This document shows positions 54,076 through 64,000 of a stretch of DNA of 64,000 nucleotides, piece after piece. The notes under the pieces are model-generated. The model ran no database searches, was not told the DNA's origin, and saw only the letters and a list, made by a program, of their open reading frames with translations. Numbering within the stretch: position 1 is the first letter of the stretch; every line of letters starts with the position of its first letter. A program made the position numbers and the translations under genes. This DNA comes from Octopus vulgaris (Eukaryota): assembly GCA_951406725.2 (NCBI GenBank), contig OX597825.1, positions 9,548,001 through 9,612,000 on the forward strand. The letters are read 5' to 3'.

Positions 54076-54989
54076 AACTGGGACTGGAAAAAAATGACGA
54101 AGTAAGAATTGAAATAAAAGGTGCGTAAGACCTTCAGATAAAACAAAATGAATCTGCTGTTGAAGAATTGAACTCAAGATGTGGGATATTGCTTCTTCAA
54201 TTCTGACACTGTTTACCATTCTCGGTTGCAGATACAGTAATAGAACTAACAGCTTTGCAAGCAAATGACAGTTGCGTTGGGACTTGTTTAGACATAAAAA
54301 GAAAACAAATACAAGGCCTGCTTGTATTCTTGGTTGTTGTATTTGCTTTTTGGTATATTGAAGAACACCAGGAGAATGACAACTGGTCTTTCTAATTTTT
54401 TAGCGACTCAGGTAGAGGATGCAGGTTAGAAATTAAATTACCTTTACTCGATTAAATTTGCACGTCTTAAAGTGCTGGCTGTTTCTTTCGTTTTCATTTG
54501 CGTACTTGGAAATCATTTAACTGTCGATTATTCAAGGATTAAATTTAGCAGCTTTTCATGACTGCAGGAATTTTCACGTGAATTTGCTTAAAAAAATAAT
54601 TAGAGAATTAAGGTGAACAGCGTTGATCTTTCAGCTAAAATCGATTATCAGCAAGTTAAGTTCCGTAGAGAGGTCTAAAATAAAGGGAGACAACTGACAT
54701 TCAGAAGGAGAAACAGATTTCTAGAAAATCAGCAGAAAACTTTTGGTTTTGTTGTTAGATTTCAATTTGGAACTTATTTCTTTATTTAATGGTTTCGTAT
54801 GATATTAACTTTCTGTCGTTTCATGAGCTACTTAGAGCATTAAGAAACCCCCGCTACCAACACATTTAGTCCCACGCGTTTGTGCCTTCTTGTTTACACA
54901 CGTATACAAGTACATGCATATAACTGTATGAACACACTCACAGACACACATATACAGACACACACACACATATATATATATATACATAC

Positions 54990-55066
<77 letters not shown>

Positions 55067-55658
55067 ATTTCTTAGCATTTAATTTTCAAATTACATTGTT
55101 TACAAATGTATTGCGATTAATAAATATGTTTGGTGTATAGCTGTCTGCTTGTGTCTGTATAACACATTCCTACATACACCACGTATACATGTGTGTGTGT
55201 GTGTGTGGAGGGGGGGCTGAGTCGATGTCTGTGTTGGTGAGGTACTTATCGGGGATAGAGTCAATGGTTGCTGGTAAGTAATAGAAATCAAAGTGAGTAG
55301 AGAAAGCCAATTAAAGGAATAAGAATGCTGTCATAAAAATGTGCTTCTCTGATCAATATTTTGAATTCAATAAGAAAAAACATCATATGATTTTTTTTCG
55401 GTAACCTAAGACACCAACTTTTCTTTTTTCTTGTTCAATAGATGATGATTTATCAGCATTTTTATGCGAGGAATTCTAAGAGCCATCGCCATTATTTCTT
55501 ATCTTAACAAGATTAGAACTTTGAATTGGTTTTACGCGCTTAGCAGTAAAAACCAACGGTGGAGTGATTTTGAAAAGGAATAAGAGACTACTTTTTTTCT
55601 TTTCTTTTCCTTTTTTTAATTTATTTATATCATGTTATTGTCATTATTATTATGATGA

Positions 55659-55713
<55 letters not shown>

Positions 55714-56286
55714 TTCACTTTCTTTAAAATTCTAATCAAAATAGAATTAATTCAATGCTATATAGATGAAGTATATTAAAATTACTTTTTAGATTTGCTT
55801 CATTGTATTCTTGTTATTGTCTCTCCTTTCTATGCAACTTGTCAATATTTCCTTCTTTTCATTTTTCCGTACTCTGAGGAAAATGAAAAAAAGAATAAAG
55901 CAAACATTTTTTCTTTACGTCTTCCATAAATTCAGGAAATATTTGAATTATTTCTCAGAATTACAACTGCTCAAAAACCTGAATTATAATCGCTTTCATA
56001 ACTATATATAATGAGACACGTAGAGTTAATAAAATTCCGCAAAACGAAATACAAAACTTTCGTAAAACGGATAAATCACGCTAGTTGATTCATTTCTGGA
56101 TTCCCTGTTTATGGTATTCATGCTAAAATTCATCTCAATTAGTTGTGAGTAATAGATATTTTTGTTAGAAAGACAGATTTTACGTAATTGGATATTAAGT
56201 ATTAAGACAGGTAAAAATTGCATACCGATTACAGGACTGAGGCTAAGATACTTGGCCAAGACGAGGTTTTAATGTAGACACCTATT

Positions 56287-56703
56287 TCTCTGCAACCCAC
56301 AAGGGGCTAAACACAGAGGGAACGAACAAGGACAGACAAACGGATTAAGTCGATTATATCGACCCCAGTGCGTAACTGGTACTTATTTAATCAACCTCGA
56401 AAGGATGAAAGGCAAAGTCGACCTCGGCGGAATTTGAACTCAGAACGTAGCGGCAGACGAAATACCTATTTCTATTTCTTTACTACCCACAAGGGGCTAA
56501 ACACAGAGAGGACAAACAAGGACAGACAAACGGATTAAGTCGATTACATCGACCCCAGTGCGTAACTGGCACTTATTTAATCGACCCTGAAAGGATGAAA
56601 GGCAAAGTCGACCTCGGCGGAATTTGAACTCAGAATGTAGCGACAGACGAAATACCGCTAAGCATTTCGCTCGGCGTGTTTACGTTTCTGCCAGCTCACC
56701 GCC
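56287..56703 (-). mobile_element. SINE family A dimer inserted as one unit, about 20-bp TSD
   Basis: TTTTAATGTAGA(C/T)ACCTATT at 56267-56286 and 56704-56723 flanks a full unit plus a headless unit. The last bases of the left repeat may overlap the SINE tail. Confidence 0.93.
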
Positions 56704-58918
56704 TTTTAATGTAGATACCTATTGGGTGTCTATTCCGTCGTCTGTTACATTCATAAATGAACAAGAGCTTGGATATTCCCGAACTTGAATATATATAATT
56801 TATAAGTGTCCGTATATTGCTGACCTTATTTCTATGTTATAAAGCAAGTCACAAGAACACGTGAGAAATGTATTAAAGCCATTCAGTAACTGTAGAGCTG
56901 CTGTCTTTTTTAGTATTTATTCTACATTTTTATTTTCAGTACACCTTTGCATGACTGTAAGCTTCATTATTCAATATGATTTCTATATACTTCCTCATGT
57001 TATTTTCTATGCTGTAGCGCCAGATACGTCAGCGAATCCCGTCAATAGCGGAGGTGTCCCTGATATAGCATTTCAAGTTGTGTTAGTATACTCTAGAAAG
57101 CTTACGCTCTACAGCTTGTAGTAGCGTGCTAATATGTATTTACAATATCTATTCACAATCAAAATGGTATGTGCCATTGAAATCCCAGTGTCTCAGCCTT
57201 ATCTCAAAATGCTGCAAGCTATGATACTATCAACCTAACACAATATGGGGATTTTAGCCATGCGATCCATTTTTATTGCAGCATCAGTCTGTCTGTTTCA
57301 TGGAAGGGCGGACCTCTAGCTTTTTGTAATGACTCAGGAATTTTACTGCCTAATGTATGAAATACATAAATTATTTAATAATTTTTATGAAAAGTAGAGA
57401 ATTATCTCATTGTTCTTCATGTTATTCTGTAATCATAATATAAACTTGTTATGTAAGTGTGTAGGAACCACGGAATAGCCTCGACAACCTACAACAGTTA
57501 GAGAACTCACCAAAATAATGTCAACAAATAAATTACAAGTATATATTTTTAATTTGTGAAAATTATTTACTGGTGCATATTTTTAATTCGGAGAAAATTA
57601 TTTTGAAACTATGAACATTGTCTTTGTAATTTGTTATTGATACAAATTAGGTATTTTATCAAAGTGCCAAATGAAAGTTAAAATAAGTAGGGTATGGAAT
57701 AGCTTAATTCCAGCAGAGATTCTTGTATCACAAATGGAAAATTACAGGTTTTGTGTGACGAAAAATGCCTGGGTTGATATCTTTAGCAGAGTGAATGCTG
57801 TAATCGAAATTATGCAGATCGCCCCCTCCTGAAACTCTGACTGTTGCAATTTTATTAAGAAATAGAGTATAACTAATTATCTAATTATCATTAAGTAAAT
57901 ATCAAGGAGGGCAGAATCAGATAAAGAAGTAGCAAGTGAATTATATGACAGAGAGTGAGACAGACAGACAGACAGTTAGACAGAGAGACAAACAGACAGA
58001 CAGAAAGACAGATAGACAGACACAGACACACACACACATACAGAGAAGATTTTGGCATTGTTGTTAACTAAATATATTTCAAAGAATAAATGAAGTGCTC
58101 AGAAAAATACTTTTAGATCTGAAATAGACAAAAATGTGTTTTAATTAGGTTAATGTGTTTTTGTTTATTCTTTAATTTATTACGAAACAATCATTAAACC
58201 TACAACAGGTGAAAAACACCTTGCTCAATGCTTATATCGAAAATATAGGTGCAGTCTTCCCCTTTTCTCTCTCTCTTTATATTTCCCTCTCGCTCACACT
58301 TTTTAACATTCTCTCTCTTTCTCTCTCTCTCTCTTCTTATTTATATTAATGAAATAATTTTGTAACTTTACTCGTCGCTGAAATTCAGCTTTCCTAGGTT
58401 CCCAGCAATTTCAGCATCGTTCTACCTGGTGCTTCATTGTTTTTATTATAACAGCACTCAGAGAAAGACGGTCTTCTTTTCGTTTCCAACATTATAGGTT
58501 TCCTCAACGATGAATTAACCAAAATGCAGCTAATATATTGCGTTTGATTTTTTTTTAAAACCTCTTGAAATCTAAAATGTCTCATGAAATATTTTATGTA
58601 ATTAATAAGTTCTAATATTACATATCACAGCTACTAAATTCAACCTCATCAAAATACTAAGCTTCTATTTTTAACCAATGAGAAATAAATTATTTCAAAC
58701 AAATGTGCAGTTTAGCATATATCTATACATATACATAGATAGATACATATGCACATACACTCACTCACTCTCTCTCTCTCTCACAGACGCGCACACACAC
58801 GAATGCACTCACGTGTGTACGCATATATTATATATATATATATATTGACACACATATATATACATATAATATAAACATATACGCTCATATATACATACAT
58901 ATAATATAGACATATACG

Positions 58919-58965
<47 letters not shown>

Positions 58966-61904
58966 CATATATATGTACACATACAAATGCATATGTGTGA
59001 ATGTATGTACGAATATATAAAGTATGTACACAGGTACACATAAATATTCAATTAATGAGTTATGATCATGCAATGAAATTTGCTACAAAATGAAACCTAA
59101 CTTCAAACCATTGACGATTCACTGAAATTGAAACACAGCATATGTCATCATTTATCATTGACATCAGTACGTTGAAGTTTACTGCATGCTTTTAAAATAC
59201 TGAGATCGAAAATATTCTGCTTTAACTTATAGTTATAATGGAATTCATTTGACATTTCAGTCGCTCGTGTGCACTGAATACAACACAAATAGCTTGGCTT
59301 TTATGGTATCATTTCTATGAATGGTTTATAATGAGTACCGAGAGATCAACGCTGCTTGTTCTACAACACATATTCGCATTCATTGCAATGCTTTATCATC
59401 GTAACAATTCCCCCCTCACCGTTCACATTTAAACATACTCGCGCTTTCGTAATATTCTCCGTATCTATAGATGTTGATGCATTTAAAATTGCATTCATCT
59501 GATTATTTCTGAAAGTGAATATCAACGTTGTATCTCAAAAGAAATTATGATCTTGTATATTCAATAATGCTCCTAGACCTGTACCTTTGTATCACAGTTA
59601 ATTCATCTCTCTATATTATACTTCACCCCAGGAGTTATTGTGGTTAGTAACGCACGATAATAACAATCGGGAAAATACTTTTGAAAATAGTCGCAAAAAT
59701 AGGAGAGTCATGATTTCTCCCCAAATATTACCTATCTTGTCATCATTTTAAGCAAACATAAATAAATTTTATGAATGCAGAAAACATATCATAGAATGGC
59801 CGTGTAGCAGAGATACATATATCTACACATACACACGTATATTGCCAGTAATTTAAATCAGATCAATTTGCTGTTAAGTAGACGATGTGACATCAGTCAC
59901 TGTCAGAATGTATGGTTTGCATAGACAAAGAAAGAAACGATGTGGAAACAGTCGACTGAGCCACGATTTCAAAACCTTCTACAATCTAATTGTTTATCGC
60001 CTTAAGGTTCATTTTAAATAATTTTGTTCTCTGACCTGCATTGATTAATAATCCCTCTGGCAGACCAGAAAGGAAACTGTTAGTGATATTTTATTTATCA
60101 CACGTTGTTAGCAGTGAGAGTAATTGTCTTTTTGCATATGGTAAGCAACGCTATTCCACTGACAATTTTCCGTAATCTAAAGTCCGTTTACCAAACTTTA
60201 TTTGCCTTTTTTTTTTTTTCATTATTTTTCCTTTCTTTAATTCTTACACTGAAGTTGTTAAAAATGCATATAATTAAGGGTTAATTTGCCAAAATACGAG
60301 GTCTTCACACAGTTGAGTAATCCTAATCTGATTTTGTTAAACACCGTTAGAATCCCCTTATTTGGGATTTTATTTTATTTAATGTTAGCTAACTGTGGCT
60401 TTAAAAATGAATAATCTTTGTTTGAAGGATTTCACTGGGAATACATTTCAAGTGTTTATATTTACCCAGCTAGCTCCCAGAATATGTTTTGCTGTTGCTG
60501 TTGTTGTTAAGTTTGTTGTCAGTATGCTGTTTTACAATCAGGTTATGTAGGGTTCAATAGTAGTTAGAGCAGTCAGCCTGATTGCTGGGCAGCAACAGTA
60601 GCCGCAGGGATCTCATTTGTTATTAAAGGCATTCATGAACTAACAAAATACATCCATGTGGCATTATTTGAAAAGTGCTTACATTTTCAAACATTAAATT
60701 ACAGTCTTTTTCTTCCTTCATTTGTTTTTTCTTTTTGGTGTGGGGAGGAATTATAATCGACTGCACTTGTGTAGTCCATAAATATTGGTTGTTGGCTAAA
60801 TGGCTATGTTTTACCGTAAAATAATTTACTTTTGTATGAATTTCATCTCAGTATAAATTCATTCTTTTCATTTAGCCAGAAGAGGGATCTTCTTTCGCCA
60901 TTTAATAGCAATTAACGACCATTATTTAGTTCATAAATCCACGAAAAATGCTTTCTATATTTACGATTTCTTTTATAGCTACAACAATGGTTTTCTTTAG
61001 ATTTCTTTTCCTTTCGATTCTTCTTCGGTAATGCTGATATTGTCGTTTCCAACATCAGCATTAAATTCATTTTAAATTCATGTTTGACCCAACTATCAAA
61101 TTTATTTTAAATAAAACTTTTCTTCACAGAAAGTGATCAGAAGAATAGGCAAGGGATCTTTCTCTGTTTTACTGCACATTTTAAAGTTTTAAAATTAAGT
61201 GAAAATTTGGAGTATTGATGTAATTTTTCACGCTGAATCTCAGGGTCTAATTCACTTGTTCCAGAAAATTTTTTAAAAACAAGTTATAGATGTTTAAAGT
61301 TTCATCATTTTTACCCAGTCAAAAAGTAGGATCTGGATGCTGTCCCTTTCTCCGTGACTGCAATCGTAAGACGACAAAACAATAATACCAACATCGCGAC
61401 GATAGTACGTGTTTTAAGCATTTAATAAGCGAAACATTTTTTTAAATGTAGACAACACATATTTTGTAGTTCTAATGCGAGAAAAAAAAAGAGTAAACAA
61501 CAGATTTATATCCATGTTTTCTACAGAAATGTGACATTAGGGAGATATTCGGTTGCATCTTGGGGCTCTATGTGTCGCTTTTGTTTATTAGGAATTTTAT
61601 AGCAATTTCTTGCACTTGAATTGAAAACATTGGAAGTGTGATGTAGCGATCGCCAGTCCAAGAAAGGCTGCACTTCGTGTGAACATTTGTTTCATTTTCA
61701 AGCCTTCGAGAAACATACCCACAGTTTTTTTTTCTTTTGTTTTTGAGTGTTTCGGATCGAAGTCTTTTTCAGATATGTTAGCCCAGCTGTTTTGGCGTTG
61801 TATCATCAGACGACAAAAAGACAGTAGGTCCTAAGGAGTTTACTACCAATCTGTACGACGTTTGTTTCGTTTTTCATGCACCAAGTTTACACAGTATTGC
61901 TGCT

Positions 61905-62227
61905 TGTTTGTTTGTTTGTTGAGCGAAGCGGTCTTCGTCCCAGAGTGGGAGAAGCCCGAAACGTGGTACTTTGCTATTCGTAAAACCCGCAGAAGAGAAA
62001 GCAGGTCTAGCCCCGACACTGAGAGCATCGACGGATGGATGAATGTACATCCACTCTCAGCGGTTGCGTAGGAAGTCGGGGATAAGAAACAGGAAGAAAG
62101 AGTAAGAAAAAGTTGGGGGCAAAAGAGTACAACAGGGGTCGCCACCACCCACTGCCGGAGCCTCGTGGAGCTTTAAGTGTTTTCGCTGAATAAACACACA
62201 CAACGCCCGGTCTGGGAATCGAAACCG
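61905..62227 (-). mobile_element. SINE family C, 5'-truncated at the B box, complete 3' end with (AAAC)n tail, 15-bp TSD
   Basis: CACAGTATTGCTGCT at 61890-61904 and 62228-62242. GGTTTCGATTCCCAGACCGGGCG on the minus strand. Confidence 0.92.
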
Positions 62228-62566
62228 CACAGTATTGCTGCTGTTTAGCAGGTGGTGTGTAAAAGATACATGACATATGAAGGCTGTCTACACTAATCTC
62301 AGACCTCTACCTCCTTCCTCTATTCTTAGATAGAGCTTAGAAATTTCTAGTTGACATCAGGATTTGCAGGTCTAAATGTCTATGGAGTAGGTTTCATCTA
62401 CAAACCAGCCAAGAAACCCAAATATTGGTATCAGCACTGATACTGCAAACACATTGTGGAATGTTGTCTTATCATAAAAGGAGAGCTCCGCATGATATAT
62501 TTTTTCTAAGTCTCTTATAACATTCTCGGGTCACTATCTTTATTCACTACAACTCCGTATGATATA

Positions 62567-62830
62567 CAGTAATCACTCGCCATATCGCAGTTAACCTATC
62601 GCTCCCTCAGTGCATCGCAGATTTCTCTGGCAATCGTGAACTCCTCCGTGTATCGGGGGTTTCTGCGGTCGATAGGTATTTATATTTTTTCAGATTTTAA
62701 TTATTTCTGTGGTAAAACAAGCAGTTTCACGCCTAAAAATTAATAAATTAATAAATAAAAATATAGTATAGCACTGCACTGTATAAGACATTAATTAAAA
62801 TATATTAAAAGAAAATACGTAGTGTATTGA
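62567..62830 (+). mobile_element. pogo/Tigger-like DNA transposon end (remnant)
   Basis: TA|CAGTAATCACTCGCCATATCGCAG..CCTATCGC..CATCGCAGATTT resembles Tigger/pogo termini (TA-CAGT plus repeated ATCGC). I did not find the other terminal repeat. Confidence 0.5.
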
Positions 62831-62932
62831 AGATGAGTAAACAAAGAACTGCACGTGCTGTATGGAAAACGAAACTCGGGAGCCGAGTGTGTGGTGGTGT
62901 TTTGAATTTATAATAAAATAAATATATACAAA

Positions 62933-62965
62933 CTAGCTTAAGGTGACCCGCTCTACGCAAGGGTG
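62933..62965 (-). mobile_element. Possible Helitron-type 3' terminus
   Basis: The minus strand has an imperfect hairpin ACCC..GC/GCGGGT about 12 nt before CTAG|T. Confidence 0.3.
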
Positions 62966-64000
62966 AGTGTGTGGTTGTTACTTTCTGTTGCTTCTTTTCT
63001 GTTTCTTATCGCCACATTCTCCCTCTTTGTTTCTCTCTCCCTTCTCTCTTACTCTTCCTTTCTCTCGGTTGGTCAGGCAGGGCTGTGATAAAACGCATCT
63101 CAGCCGTGATTATCTCTCCTTCTTTTCAGACATACTCTCAGAATACATTATCCAGTATGTTCTTTCGCGTTCCGGTATAATATAGTTTGAGCAACATTTG
63201 ACTGCTATTTCAGATTGGTCAGGTCATCCTGGAGAGCTCCCTTTTATTTTAGCATCTTGCTAAAAACATTGCCTCTGTACAAGTTATATGTATGAGGAGT
63301 GGGGTAGGAAAGGGGAAATTAAAATCTCTGCAAATATTAATGGATTATTGAAACTATGACGAAATATTAAGCTTGGAGCAATGTAACCATGGAGACGTCA
63401 ACCAGAAATTGCAAGATTATGGAGTAATTGAAACGAAATTGTTCTATTAAGTTTGAACTTGTGTCCCTAAATTAATTAATTGCGGATACTGCCACTAATT
63501 TACGGTGTACCCTCAACAATCATTTAAACAGGGAGTAATATGAAATGGTTTGCCTCGGCCCTTCTCCCCTCTTTTAGTGCCTATCACAAGTCTTTCCATT
63601 CACAATTCTTTGTCAAAATCACTTTGAACCATTTTCAGCCAGGTCGTTTACAATATCCCTTTGTGTATTTTGTATTCTTATGACAAGAGACGAATAATTA
63701 GTTTGGTAACATTAAGTGATCCCGTTAATTCACTTGACCATGGTACCACTACGGCAGCTGTTTTACATTGAATCAAAAAATGTTTTGCATTCAGAAGCGG
63801 GGTCCGTCGAATTCGATCATTGCTTAGACACTTGATCCGTGATATTTCGGTGATTCACAGAAAGCATCCCATTTGTAAACGTTTCCAATATAATCAAATC
63901 ACTCTGTGAGAAGTTATGATTTCGCACCACGCGATAACAACGAAAAGCTATACAGATGATCGATAAATGCAGATTTTAATGTGTAATGAGACTTTCTGTT

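Noticed and set aside
54230-54394. Plus-strand open frame after TTGCAG with a hydrophobic stretch (GLLVFLVVVFAFWYI), like a terminal transmembrane exon
   Set aside because: It is short, has no recognisable homology, and T-rich DNA yields hydrophobic peptides by chance.
61029-61063. Small hairpin TAATGCTGAT.TTG / CAA.ATCAGCATTA
   Set aside because: A 14-bp imperfect stem with no other support. It is too short for a pre-miRNA, and bacterial-type terminators do not apply here.

Overview
This is AT-rich, repeat-saturated metazoan DNA. The SINE and microsatellite landscape suggests an octopus (coleoid cephalopod) intron or intergenic region; that is an inference from recalled repeat families. I cannot support any intact host protein-coding gene, rRNA, true tRNA gene or CRISPR array. 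Nearly all ORFs in the supplied track are microsatellite translations or repeat read-through. The window contains three main tRNA-derived SINE families (A, B, C), several copies with clear 11-21 bp target-site duplications (TSDs). It also has decayed DD37D (maT), mariner and pogo/Tigger-like DNA transposons, RTE and CR1/Jockey-group LINE fragments, and two strand-polarised clusters of R4/Dong-like elements sitting inside (TAA)n arrays. Several small (TA)n-embedded fold-back elements carry Penelope-type minimal hammerhead ribozyme motifs. The most notable object is a near-perfect 285-bp palindrome (46532-46816). It encodes on each strand a complete minimal type I hammerhead whose conserved C3-G8 pair is swapped to G3-C8. 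Other points of interest are SINE A multimers with a fixed junction and exchangeable tails, and an internally inverted RTE fragment.
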